Source: an uncultured Bacteroidota bacterium | GTDB taxonomy: Bacteria; Bacteroidota; Ignavibacteria; Kryptoniales; JAKASW01 | NCBI GenBank assembly: GCA_963808245.1 | Contig: CAWEES010000002.1 | Location: 3,330,252-3,394,251 of the forward strand | DNA length: 64,000 bases | Reading direction: 5' to 3' | In this document: in pieces, positions 17,843 through 27,867 of the stretch | Numbering within the stretch: the stretch's first letter is position 1 | Layout: every line of letters starts with the position of its first letter | Notes under the pieces: model-generated | The model's database searches: none | Told to the model about the DNA's origin: nothing | Seen by the model: the letters and a program-made list of their open reading frames with translations, nothing else | Made by a program: the position numbers and the translations under genes

Positions 17843-18826
17843 GTGAAAAAATTCTTCAGGGCCCTCGGGATAATCGTCGGAGGGATCGTGGTGCTAATAA
17901 TTATCTGCCTCGTTTATTTTAATTCTGTATTCCCAAAAGCCGAACCGGTTCCAAATGTTAAGGTCGCAGTTACGCCTGAAAGAGTTGCTCGCGGCGAATA
18001 TCTTGTTACTCATGTAGCAGGCTGTCTTGATTGCCACTCAGAGCGCGACTGGACACGATTCTCAGGCCCTATCATGCCGGGCTCTGAAGGGAAGGGCGGG
18101 GAGGTCTTCGACGAACAGACAGCGGGAGTACCGGGCGCTGTCTATGCAAAGAATATAACTCCCGCGGGAATTGGAAACTGGACCGACGGCGAGTTAATTA
18201 GAGCGATCACAACCGGTGTTTCAAAAGATGGTACAGCGCTTTTCCCACTCATGCCGTATCAGGCTTTCAATCAGTTGTCAAAGGATGATTTGTACTCGAT
18301 GGTTGCCTACATCCGCTCATTGAAACCCATCGAGAACAAAATTCCTGACCGGCACCTGGATTTTCCGATGAGCATGATTGTAAAACTAATTCCCTTGAGA
18401 TCGTACACTCCTTCACCTGTGCCCGATAAATCAGATACCGTAGGTTATGGGAAATATCTTACTACCATCGCGTCGTGCAGCGGATGCCATACCCAGCTTG
18501 ACAAAGGCCAGCCGTTAAAGGGAATGGATTATGCCGGCGGATTTGTTTTCAATTTACCGGCGGGAATCGTCAGGTCTGCCAACATCACCCCCGACGATGA
18601 GACAGGAATCGGGAAGTGGACTAAAGAACAATTCATAAGCTACTTCAAAACCTTCGCGAAGGACAGCACGCAAAACATTCATGTCGAGCCGAACCAGTAT
18701 AATACGGTAATGCCGATGGCTTCGTTCTCCGGAATGACGGAAGGGGACTTAGGCGCCATCTATGCTTATCTGAGAACCTTGACGCCGGTTCACAATCAGG
18801 TGGTGAGATTCACGCCGCAACATTAA
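17843..18826 (+). CDS. Membrane-anchored dihaem c-type cytochrome
   Basis: GTG start lies after GGAGGAGG (17831-17838). It has an N-terminal TM anchor (ALGIIVGGIVVLIIICLVYF) and two CXXCH motifs (CLDCH, CSGCH). Confidence 0.8.
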   Translation: MKKFFRALGIIVGGIVVLIIICLVYFNSVFPKAEPVPNVKVAVTPERVARGEYLVTHVAGCLDCHSERDWTRFSGPIMPGSEGKGGEVFDEQTAGVPGAVYAKNITPAGIGNWTDGELIRAITTGVSKDGTALFPLMPYQAFNQLSKDDLYSMVAYIRSLKPIENKIPDRHLDFPMSMIVKLIPLRSYTPSPVPDKSDTVGYGKYLTTIASCSGCHTQLDKGQPLKGMDYAGGFVFNLPAGIVRSANITPDDETGIGKWTKEQFISYFKTFAKDSTQNIHVEPNQYNTVMPMASFSGMTEGDLGAIYAYLRTLTPVHNQVVRFTPQH

Positions 18827-18842
18827 TCGCGTCATGGCTAAT

Positions 18843-19967
<1,125 letters not shown>

Positions 19968-20112
19968 AAATAATAATAACAGGCGGAATAATTCTATCCA
20001 AGGTACAGTTTGGTTAACCTGGGATTTTTTCAAAATCAGTTCAGCGTCACGAACTGTTTCATGACGCCGAACCCTCGTCCTAATCAGATTTGACCGTAAA
20101 TGTATCTGGTGA

Positions 20113-22899
20113 TCATTTAATATCCGGCACTACCGGCGAGTCTATGTGGTTATTTCTCTCACTTCTATCCAGTTTTTCAAGCTCGCTGATTCGTTCAACT
20201 ATGCTTCGATCCGCCGGAAACATCGCTCTCAGTTTCTCGAGAAGATCGATCGACTTTCGGTATTCCTTTTTCATGTCGTATATATCGAGGAGGATTACAT
20301 ATGGATTATATTCGCTCCGAACATCGGTGGGATCTTCTTGAATTGCCGCAAGTGCGTCGTGTTCCACGATGTCGGCATATTTATTGAATTGTGTCGTCGC
20401 GCCGGACATGAAATATAATCTCGTGACGCTGCTCAGTATCCTGTAATCTAATGGCAGATACTCGATCGGTATTCTGCGTTCCATTTCGTCAAGTGTTGCA
20501 ACGCAATCTTTGGCTTGCCCATGGAATTGATAGTAAGTTGCTAGAGTCATGAAGGAATCCCGGAATGTCGAAAGCATGGCTCTTGTGTTGCTGTCGTAAA
20601 AAATTCCAGGCATGTTAAGATTTGAAAATCTGAATCCCATGTGTGGGTCTTTGTAAAGTTTATCGTCGTCGCTAAACAAGCATTGCCGCATAACCTGCTC
20701 GTTTACGTAGTCATAATATGGCCCTTTGTGAGGCATCGGGGTTAATTCGTAAACCATGCCCTCTCTTTCAAAATAGTTCTGGAAACCGTTGCAATCCCTG
20801 GGCGATATCGTTATCGCAAAACAGATCGGCCGCTCCCATTTGTTTGTGTCGATAATGTTTTTCATCATGATATCCTGTATCCTTATTCCCTGGATATCGC
20901 CTGATCCAATGGTTGGATCGACGGTGTACTGGATGCAACCTTTGTTCGTTATGCTCGTGTCGGTGATACCGAACTTCTTGTAGATTTCCTGCGGCACCTG
21001 GAGATTGAATCTTCGGGTGTGCCACTCTTCCGCTCCATTATCGGAAATCATTTTTATCTGGTCATCGGAGAAACTCATTGGAACTTTCAATGCGCCGTGC
21101 GGCCTCTCATTTTTCAGCTGGAGCAAATACCATCCGGTATTTGAAAGGCTGAGGCTGATAATTCTGACGTCTGTCCTTATGCCTAACGCCTCCTGAAGAT
21201 ACCATAACTGGAAGGTGTCGTTGTCGCCGCCGGTGAACAGGATCGCATCCTTCTTACATGACTGAAGCAGGTTGTAAGAAAAATCTAACGGAGCAAGATT
21301 CTTTTGACGGATGTGGCTGGAGAGATTTTGCGAGAACATTTGAAGAGGAGAGACAGCGAACAGTACGGCAACGGTACCGCCGACGAAAAGATTCTTATGC
21401 TTGTCCCAAATCTGTTGCCTGGACTTCATCGCGTCCGCGACAAGATCGATAATACCCGAAGCCCCTATGCCGACCCACAAAGCAAAAACAAAGAACGAAC
21501 CGACGAAGAAATAATCCCTCTCCCTCGGCTGAGGATTCTGCATGTTGAAGAATACCACAAGAGCTATACCCATCGTCAGGAACAGCGTCATGAACGCCAG
21601 ACCGAACTTCCAGTCCTTCTTGAAATGGTACCATATCCCGAAGAGAGCGAGGATAAATGGGATTGCATAATACATCGTCGGGAAGCCCGTGCGGCCGTCA
21701 AACCATCCCTTCGGTGAACTGAAGAGCGTTACAGGAGCATCCTGCATGTCTCCCGCCCTCCCTATGAAGTTGAATCCCAGATAACGTAAATACATGTGGC
21801 CTAACTGGTAATTCCAGAAATAATCCAGGTCAGAAGAATAATTCTTGTAGTTCTGTACATACTGAGGCTCCGAGCTCCACATCCTGGGCCACATCTTCTG
21901 CTCCCCGTATTGCTCACGGTTGAGGTAAGTTACCAGCCTCGTGAGGTTGCTCGGGTTGTTCTCGTTTATCGCCGGGTGAGCATTTGCACGGACATAGACA
22001 ATGGTGTAAGTAGAGTATCCAAGAACTATAAGGAGGCCTGCCATGAGGGAAGTACTGAGTATCCAGCGTTTCGCTTTCTCTGCCTTGTAAACGCCGTAGA
22101 TGGCAAAAAGAATGATCCCCGGCGGAATGAGCTGCACGATTATGTTATGGCTTATATCGAAGGGGCCGAACTTTATGTCGCCGTTTAAGGTAGCGGCAAG
22201 CCACTTGACGATGCCCGGATAAATGATGAAGAAGGATAGTACGGTAATAATTCCGAACTTTACGAGTGTTCTCCACTCGAACTCGTAATACTTGAAATAG
22301 ATGAACAGAGCGATGGTGAAGAATGCCAGGACACTTAACTGGTGGATACCGATAGAAAGCCCCATGAGATAAGCGGCGAGGAGTAGGTACTTCTGGCTTC
22401 CGGGCTCATCGGCTTTATCGAACCATGTCATGCCGAGCCAGACGACAAATGAGACGAAGAACATGCTGGAGGCAAAGAGGGAGGACTCGGCTGCGTTGAA
22501 CCAGAAGGTATCGGTAACGGAGAAGGTGAGTGCCCCGATAGCGGCTGCGCCGAAGATGGCGATTGAGGAATATAGGTCGGATGGAAATCCTTTCCATCTC
22601 GAGATGACCTTGACGCCTATGAGATAGAGGAACATGATGGTGAAAGCGCTTGCCAGTGAGGAGATGAGGTTAATCCGAAGGGCCGGATCGCTCACGTAAG
22701 GGGTCATCATGGCGACCCTGCCGAGCAGAGTGAATAGTGGAGCTCCCGGCGGGTGGGGTACTTCCATTGCCGGTGATGTTGCCGCGTATTCTCCGCAATC
22801 CCAGAATGCTACCGACGACTGTGAAGTGGCACAATACAAGATCAATGTAAGGATGAATATTATGGATGCAATATAGCGGTTGATAATCTTGAAATTCAT
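20113..22899 (-). CDS. DUF2723 / TMEM260-like polytopic glycosyltransferase-family protein
   Basis: 928 aa. The N-terminal VAFWDCGEYAATSPAMEVPHPPGAPLFTLLGRV motif is characteristic of DUF2723. It has many TM helices and a soluble C-terminal region. AGGAG lies 6 nt upstream of the ATG. Confidence 0.8.
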   Translation of the reverse strand: MNFKIINRYIASIIFILTLILYCATSQSSVAFWDCGEYAATSPAMEVPHPPGAPLFTLLGRVAMMTPYVSDPALRINLISSLASAFTIMFLYLIGVKVISRWKGFPSDLYSSIAIFGAAAIGALTFSVTDTFWFNAAESSLFASSMFFVSFVVWLGMTWFDKADEPGSQKYLLLAAYLMGLSIGIHQLSVLAFFTIALFIYFKYYEFEWRTLVKFGIITVLSFFIIYPGIVKWLAATLNGDIKFGPFDISHNIIVQLIPPGIILFAIYGVYKAEKAKRWILSTSLMAGLLIVLGYSTYTIVYVRANAHPAINENNPSNLTRLVTYLNREQYGEQKMWPRMWSSEPQYVQNYKNYSSDLDYFWNYQLGHMYLRYLGFNFIGRAGDMQDAPVTLFSSPKGWFDGRTGFPTMYYAIPFILALFGIWYHFKKDWKFGLAFMTLFLTMGIALVVFFNMQNPQPRERDYFFVGSFFVFALWVGIGASGIIDLVADAMKSRQQIWDKHKNLFVGGTVAVLFAVSPLQMFSQNLSSHIRQKNLAPLDFSYNLLQSCKKDAILFTGGDNDTFQLWYLQEALGIRTDVRIISLSLSNTGWYLLQLKNERPHGALKVPMSFSDDQIKMISDNGAEEWHTRRFNLQVPQEIYKKFGITDTSITNKGCIQYTVDPTIGSGDIQGIRIQDIMMKNIIDTNKWERPICFAITISPRDCNGFQNYFEREGMVYELTPMPHKGPYYDYVNEQVMRQCLFSDDDKLYKDPHMGFRFSNLNMPGIFYDSNTRAMLSTFRDSFMTLATYYQFHGQAKDCVATLDEMERRIPIEYLPLDYRILSSVTRLYFMSGATTQFNKYADIVEHDALAAIQEDPTDVRSEYNPYVILLDIYDMKKEYRKSIDLLEKLRAMFPADRSIVERISELEKLDRSERNNHIDSPVVPDIK

Positions 22900-22911
22900 T
22901 TTAGACTCCTA

Positions 22912-23067
22912 TCTGCAAGACTCTGCCTAACAGAGAAAGTTTGTTAAGGAAAATGTTTGGGTTTTGTTTCTTCAGCAAACAAATGAGCGATAGTGCTCTT
23001 TTTGTCCGTGAACCGTTTCACGGTTTTGTTGGGGCCGGATTGTTTGCTTGGATTTTAGTCTTGCAGA
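22912..23067. repeat. 11-bp perfect inverted repeat bracketing the intergenic region
   Basis: TCTGCAAGACT (22912-22922) is the reverse complement of AGTCTTGCAGA (23057-23067). The right arm abuts the stop codon of the 23068-23637 gene. The left arm sits just upstream of the SD of the DUF2723 gene. Confidence 0.9.
23006..23030 (+). terminator. Orphan intrinsic-terminator-like hairpin oriented on the + strand
   Basis: The stem CCGTGAA (23006-23012) pairs with TTCACGG (23017-23023). It is followed by TTTTGTT. Both flanking genes are on the minus strand, where the hairpin is followed by ACAAAAAG, which is not U-rich. Confidence 0.35.
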
Positions 23068-23637
23068 CTATTTCTTGGTCTCGAGGTATTCTCGGGTGAA
23101 ACTGAGTCCGTTGTAGGTTGGGGGTGTTTCTGTTATCCGTTTATTCAAATCTAAAATGTAACCATGATGTGTCTGATTTGAGAGATTATCCGGGGAGTTC
23201 AGGCGTTTTGTGTTTTGAGCAAGCGATGCGAAGTTATCTCCAGTTAATGTGATAGACCCTCTCGAGTTTTTCGGATTATCACTCTGTTCGAGGATGTCGA
23301 CGTATGGGCGCACCGCCGTTATATCCGTTCGGCCCGAAATTCCCCTTGCGACTTGCACAAGCTCAGCGAGGTCTTTTTCTGTTTTGTTCTTCAGTGCTTT
23401 ATCAAATGATGTGTCGGAGAGGTAAGGGTTCGAAACTATTTCTGCTTGGGGTGCTTCGATGCTGGTACATCGTACATTGCTGTTATCTGCTCTCAATATT
23501 CCGGACCCGAAGAAGATAAATGCCAGGTTCAAAATTGAGAAATAGATTATCGCCTGTACCATCTTCTTTTCTATGAGTCCAAGAAAATCATATCGGTTAT
23601 ATCCCGTTGAATTTTTTCGAGTGAAGTCAGTACTCAT
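23068..23637 (-). CDS. Hypothetical protein with N-terminal TM/signal anchor
   Basis: 189-aa ORF with a hydrophobic segment (AIIYFSILNLAFIFFGSGIL). I recognise no family. Confidence 0.5.
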   Translation of the reverse strand: MSTDFTRKNSTGYNRYDFLGLIEKKMVQAIIYFSILNLAFIFFGSGILRADNSNVRCTSIEAPQAEIVSNPYLSDTSFDKALKNKTEKDLAELVQVARGISGRTDITAVRPYVDILEQSDNPKNSRGSITLTGDNFASLAQNTKRLNSPDNLSNQTHHGYILDLNKRITETPPTYNGLSFTREYLETKK

Positions 23638-23895
23638 TGCTTAATTTTAGAGAAATCTATTCTCAAATTCAATCGATGATGGTGATTGTTTCCCTGCTGA
23701 TAGAAGAGAGATTGAATTTTCCTCTTGAAATATAAGAACAGGGTCGGACCAACTCGTCGCAAAAAGGATGCCCAATAAAATGAGGGTATTTTGCGGTGCG
23801 TGCTATGTCGTTGTTTTTTCATTACTTATCAGATTTCTTTTCTACCTTGACTTTTTGCCAAATTTTGTTAAATTTATATGCTCAAAATGTGAAAC

Positions 23896-23968
23896 GCTGG
23901 CGTAGCTCAGTTGGTAGAGCAGCTGATTTGTAATCAGCAGGTCGGGGGTTCAAATCCCTTCGCCAGCT
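23896..23968 (+). tRNA. tRNA-Thr (anticodon TGT)
   Basis: Cloverleaf drawn by hand. The acceptor GCTGGCG pairs with CGCCAGC. The D arm is GCTC...GAGC. The anticodon stem GCTGA pairs with TCAGC around loop TTTGTAA. The T arm is GGGGG-TTCAAAT-CCCTT. Confidence 0.9.
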
Positions 23969-23983
23969 CGGCTGCGAGCTTTT

Positions 23984-24067
23984 GGGCGGACGCCGGAGTT
24001 GGAGAGCCGGGGCGGACTGTAAATCCGTTGGCTTATGCCTTTGAGGGTTCGAATCCCCCGCCGCCCA
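23984..24067 (+). tRNA. tRNA-Tyr (anticodon GTA), class II with long variable arm
   Basis: The anticodon stem GCGGA pairs with TCCGT around loop CTGTAAA. The variable arm is GGC-TTAT-GCC and the T loop is TTCGAAT. My fold has an A7-G66 and an A50-C64 mismatch, and C at position 8. Confidence 0.75.
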
Positions 24068-24112
24068 CAGCTTGTTCATTTATAATATTGTAGCTGAGTG
24101 AGATGTTTAATT

Positions 24113-24185
24113 GCGGGAGTAACTCAGTTGGTAGAGTCACAGCCTTCCAAGCTGTTGGTCGCGGGTTCGAGTCCCGTCTCCCGCT
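24113..24185 (+). tRNA. tRNA-Gly (anticodon TCC)
   Basis: The acceptor GCGGGAG pairs with CTCCCGC. The anticodon stem ACAGC pairs with GCTGT around loop CTTCCAA. The T arm is GCGGG-TTCGAGT-CCCGT. Confidence 0.9.
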
Positions 24186-24262
24186 CGAAGCCGCGCGCGT
24201 CGCACGGCAAAGCTGCCCGGTCCCGTTTTTTGGGAGAGGATGGCGTCGTTCTATAAAATTTT

Positions 24263-24335
24263 GCTGACGTAGCTCAGCTGGTAGAGCAACGCCTTGGTAA
24301 GGCGTAGGTCACGGGTTCAAATCCCGTCGTCAGCT
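24263..24335 (+). tRNA. tRNA-Thr (anticodon GGT)
   Basis: The acceptor GCTGACG pairs with CGTCAGC. The anticodon stem ACGCC pairs with GGCGT around loop TTGGTAA. The T arm is ACGGG-TTCAAAT-CCCGT. Confidence 0.9.
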
Positions 24336-24417
24336 CGCTGCACTTTACCAAACATCCATACGCCGGATGTCTCTTGATGAGAGTACTCCGGCGTAGTGAA
24401 GCTAAATAAGGAAAGAT

Positions 24418-24567
24418 ATGAGAGACATAATTACACTCGAATGCACAGTCTGCAAACAAAGAAATTATACGACCACAAAAAACAAGAGAAAGCAAACCGG
24501 CAGAGTCGAGTATAAAAAGTATTGCCGCTTCTGCAATAAGCACACGCCACACAAGGAAACAAAATAG
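24418..24567 (+). CDS. rpmG: 50S ribosomal protein L33 (Cys4 zinc form)
   Basis: Not in the ORF track (49 aa). Translation: [49 protein letters not shown]. The stop TAG is at 24565-24567. Confidence 0.9.
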   Translation: MRDIITLECTVCKQRNYTTTKNKRKQTGRVEYKKYCRFCNKHTPHKETK

Positions 24568-24620
24568 TAATTTTGAATTGGGAATAAGAAATTTGAAACT
24601 AAGGATTCCAAATGTGAGAT

Positions 24621-24693
<73 letters not shown>

Positions 24694-24711
24694 CACAATT
24701 GAGGAAGAAGA

Positions 24712-24894
24712 ATGAAAGAAAAAATCATAGGATTCTTCGACGATGTCGTGAAGGAAATGAAAAAGGTAACCTGGCCGACAAAAGATGAGTTAAAGGATTC
24801 AACTGCAATTGTACTTATTGCCACATTGATTATTGCCATCTTTGTTTATGGAATAGATACAATTGTCAATGTGACATTGAGAACGATATTATGA
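24712..24894 (+). CDS. secE: Preprotein translocase subunit SecE
   Basis: 60 aa. FFDDVVKEMKKVTWPTKDEL is followed by a single TM helix. ATGA overlap with nusG. Confidence 0.9.
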   Translation: MKEKIIGFFDDVVKEMKKVTWPTKDELKDSTAIVLIATLIIAIFVYGIDTIVNVTLRTIL

Positions 24895-25523
24895 GCGAAG
24901 CGCCAGATTCTAAAATTCCCGAAACTGATTCCACTCAGGAGAAACCCTCAGGAGTGAAAGCGGAATCTGCTGTAGCTGGAAAAGCTACTACAAAAAGGTG
25001 GTACGTCGTCCGGACCTATTCAGGTCAGGAAAGCAAGGCGGTAGCTTTTTTGGAAAACCAATTGAAGGATTCCGATTTTAAGGAAAAGTTCGGTGAGATC
25101 GTTATTCCTACTGAGAAAGTACCGACTATCAGCGAGAATGGGAAAAAGAGAATTAAGACGAGAAATTTCATGCCAGGGTATGTCATGATCGAAGTTGAGA
25201 TGGATGATCGGGTAAAAGCATTTATACAGAGCATACCGTCGGTAATCAGCTTTGTCGGGCCGAAAGGTGCCCCGAGTCCGTTGCGCTCCGATGAAGTCGG
25301 CAGGCTTAAAGGAAGAATCGACGAGCATGAAGAGCGGCAAGTGACTGAAGTGCCGTTCAAGATTGGAGACAAGGTGAAGGTTATAAGCGGCCCGTTTTCG
25401 ACGTTTAAAGGAGAGGTCTCCGAGGTCAACGAAGATCGGCTGAAGTTGAAGGTTACAGTCACAATTTTCGGCAGGCCGACTCCTGTTGAATTGAGTTTTA
25501 CTGAAGTTGAATTAGAAAGATAA
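24891..25523 (+). CDS. nusG: Transcription termination/antitermination factor NusG
   Basis: KRWYVVRTYSGQESK forms the NGN domain, and the C-terminal KOW is FKIGDKVKVISGPFSTFKGEVSEV. It has a ~35-aa N-terminal extension. Confidence 0.9.
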   Translation: MSEAPDSKIPETDSTQEKPSGVKAESAVAGKATTKRWYVVRTYSGQESKAVAFLENQLKDSDFKEKFGEIVIPTEKVPTISENGKKRIKTRNFMPGYVMIEVEMDDRVKAFIQSIPSVISFVGPKGAPSPLRSDEVGRLKGRIDEHEERQVTEVPFKIGDKVKVISGPFSTFKGEVSEVNEDRLKLKVTVTIFGRPTPVELSFTEVELER

Positions 25524-25535
25524 TCTGGGTGAATA

Positions 25536-25961
25536 ATGGCTAAGAAAGTTGTAGGTTTTGTAAAATTGCAGATACCTGCCGGACAGGCGACTCCTGCACC
25601 GCCGGTCGGACCCGCGTTGGGTCAAAAAGGCGTTAACATTATGGAGTTTTGCAAGCAGTTCAACGCCCGTACGCAGGATAAACAGGGACTTATCATACCT
25701 GTTGTTATCACGGTTTTCTCCGATAAGTCATTTACATTTATAACGAAGACCCCTCCCGCAGCGGTCCTTCTCGTTAAGGAAGCGAAAGTTGAGAAGGGTT
25801 CTGGAGAGCCGAATCGTTTAAAAGTTGCGAAGGTTACACGTGAGCAAGTCAAGAAAATTGCGGAGATGAAAATGCCGGATCTTAATACGACCGACATTGA
25901 ATCGGCAATAAGTATGGTTGCTGGAACTGCCCGAAGCATGGGAATTGTAGTCGAAGGATAA
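25536..25961 (+). CDS. rplK: 50S ribosomal protein L11
   Basis: [43 protein letters not shown] is the uL11 signature. Confidence 0.95.
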   Translation: MAKKVVGFVKLQIPAGQATPAPPVGPALGQKGVNIMEFCKQFNARTQDKQGLIIPVVITVFSDKSFTFITKTPPAAVLLVKEAKVEKGSGEPNRLKVAKVTREQVKKIAEMKMPDLNTTDIESAISMVAGTARSMGIVVEG

Positions 25962-25978
25962 AAAAAAGAGTTTAAGAA

Positions 25979-26680
25979 ATGGCACAAAGCAAACGATTTA
26001 AAGAAATCTCAAAATTAGTTGAGAAATCAAAAGAATATACGGTCGATGACGCAGTTGAGAAGATCAAGACCACGGCGAAAGCTAAATTCGACGAGACAAT
26101 CGACATAGCTGTCCGGCTTGGTGTAGATCCGCGTCATGCTGATCAAGCCATCCGGGGAACCGTTTCTCTTCCGCATGGAATCGGAAAGATGGTTCGCGTT
26201 CTAGTCCTGTCAAAGCAGGTGCAGAAACAGGATGAAGCCAAAGCGAGCGGTGCCGATCATGTCGGTTTCGACGATTACATCAAGAAGCTTCAGGAAGGCT
26301 GGTCCGATATAGATGTAATAGTTGCGACACCTGATTCAATGGCGGATGTCGGGAGACTTGGCAAAGTACTTGGACCGAAAGGTTTGATGCCGAATCCTAA
26401 GAGTGGAACAGTCACAATGGATGTTGCCAAAGCAGTAACTGAAATCAAGGCCGGCAAGATCGAGTTTAGAGTTGACAAAGCGGGGAACCTCCATTCAATC
26501 GTCGGCAAGGCGTCGTTCGATAAACAGAAACTTATCGATAACGTCAATACATTTCTCGCGGCAATTAATCGACTGAAGCCGGCTTCTGCCAAAGGGCAGT
26601 ACATAAAAACTGTCGCGATATCATCAACGATGGGACCGTCGGTTAAGATAGATAAGGCGATCGCTGCGGCCATTCACTAA
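25979..26680 (+). CDS. rplA: 50S ribosomal protein L1
   Basis: 233 aa. [23 protein letters not shown] is typical of uL1. Confidence 0.95.
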   Translation: MAQSKRFKEISKLVEKSKEYTVDDAVEKIKTTAKAKFDETIDIAVRLGVDPRHADQAIRGTVSLPHGIGKMVRVLVLSKQVQKQDEAKASGADHVGFDDYIKKLQEGWSDIDVIVATPDSMADVGRLGKVLGPKGLMPNPKSGTVTMDVAKAVTEIKAGKIEFRVDKAGNLHSIVGKASFDKQKLIDNVNTFLAAINRLKPASAKGQYIKTVAISSTMGPSVKIDKAIAAAIH

Positions 26681-26766
26681 GTTTACGCACTAAACGCTTC
26701 TAAGCTTTCCCGACTTTTTCGGGATACATTTAGTAAAAGAAATAATTTCAAACACCTGAGGAAAAG

Positions 26767-27297
26767 ATGAAAAGGAACGAAAAGGAACAGATTGTCGCAG
26801 AAGTAGCGGAACTGATTTCCAATTCGAGCAGCCTTTTCTTCACCGACTTTAATGGGATGACCGTTGAGCAGAGCAATGAGCTGCGTCGTGAATTCCAGAA
26901 AAACGGAGTGAAGTATCAGGTCGTCAAGAATACTTTGATCAAAAAGGCGATGCAGACCTTTTCGTCCGACCAAACTGCTTTCAAGTATATGGTGGGACAG
27001 ACAGGGATCGCTTTCGGAGTTGATGACCCAATCGCACCCGCAAAAGTCTTGAAGAAATTTTTTGACAAAAATCAGAAACCTGCGACGAAGGCTTTTGTAG
27101 TCGACAAGCAGGTATTTGAAGGGAAACGGCTTGCTGAATTTGCTTCGATGCCGTCGAAGCCGGAATTGATCAGTTCTATTCTTGGCAGCCTGCAGTCGCC
27201 GATTGCGGGAATCGCCGGATCGATCTCGGCTGTGATGCGCGATCTCGTTTCGGTGCTTGATGCTCTGGAGAAAAAACTCCCGGCACAGGCGTCATAG
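26767..27297 (+). CDS. rplJ: 50S ribosomal protein L10
   Basis: 176 aa. FFTDFNGMTVEQSNELRREFQKNGVKYQVVKNTL is typical of uL10. Confidence 0.95.
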   Translation: MKRNEKEQIVAEVAELISNSSSLFFTDFNGMTVEQSNELRREFQKNGVKYQVVKNTLIKKAMQTFSSDQTAFKYMVGQTGIAFGVDDPIAPAKVLKKFFDKNQKPATKAFVVDKQVFEGKRLAEFASMPSKPELISSILGSLQSPIAGIAGSISAVMRDLVSVLDALEKKLPAQAS

Positions 27298-27332
27298 AAA
27301 TTTAATAAGAATTTTAAAAGGAGAAATAAGAA

Positions 27333-27716
27333 ATGTCAGAAGTTGTCCAGGATCTTGTAGAAAAGATAAGTAAACTCACCCTCCTAGAGGCGTCAGAATT
27401 AAAAAAAGCACTTGAGGATAAATTTGGTGTTACAGCAGCAGCTCCCATGGTAGTCGCTGGAGCGGCAGCTGGCGCGGCCGCCACGGCCCCTGCAGTAGAG
27501 GAAAAGACGGAATTCGATGTTCACCTGCTAAGTTCAGGTGCGCAAAAAATTAATGTCATTAAGGTAGTACGCGCTGCAACCGGCCTCGGACTTAAAGAGG
27601 CAAAGGACCTCGTTGACGGAGCTCCAAAGGTTATCAAGGAAGCGTTATCCAAGGTAGACGCCGACAAACTGAAGAAAGAATTGGAAGACGCCGGAGCATC
27701 TGTCGAGCTGAAGTAA
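27333..27716 (+). CDS. rplL: 50S ribosomal protein L7/L12
   Basis: 127 aa. An Ala-rich hinge is followed by [32 protein letters not shown]. Confidence 0.95.
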   Translation: MSEVVQDLVEKISKLTLLEASELKKALEDKFGVTAAAPMVVAGAAAGAAATAPAVEEKTEFDVHLLSSGAQKINVIKVVRAATGLGLKEAKDLVDGAPKVIKEALSKVDADKLKKELEDAGASVELK

Positions 27717-27772
27717 CAGAACTTTAGCAGGCATTTGAACGTTTCATTAATTAGTGAAAAAGGTCGAAGTGG

Positions 27773-27803
27773 AAATCCGTCCTGAATTTTCCGGGACGGA
27801 TTT
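27773..27803 (+). promoter_or_regulatory. Stable hairpin in the rplL-rpoB spacer (possible attenuator or processing site)
   Basis: AAATCCGTCC (27773-27782) pairs perfectly with GGACGGATTT (27794-27803). Only TTT follows the stem. Confidence 0.35.
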
Positions 27804-27867
27804 GCCCATCTCTACTGTGGTTCTTGCCTGCAATTTAATTCTCTCTTTGAAAAATATTTAGAGGAGC

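Noticed and set aside
19968-20033. TTG 20033 start for the DUF362-like gene
   Set aside because: It is a rare start codon and the extension (KKSQVNQTVPWIELFRLLLLF) is not conserved-looking. A hairpin with a U-rich tail from the upstream gene overlaps it. ATG 19967 precedes the conserved VAVIKTKP core. This remains uncertain.
23634-23822. 62-aa basic ORF on the minus strand overlapping the 189-aa gene start by ATGA
   Set aside because: It has no SD. The His/Arg/Lys-rich low-complexity translation has no recognisable motif. The ATGA overlap may be coincidental, since the downstream gene may really start at its internal Met before the TM segment. It is kept only as a weak possibility.
23823-23895. 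Promoter for the tRNA cluster
   Set aside because: TTGACT is present, but no acceptable -10 hexamer lies at 16-18 nt (best is AAATTT, and TATATG is at the wrong spacing). This is not reported as a feature.
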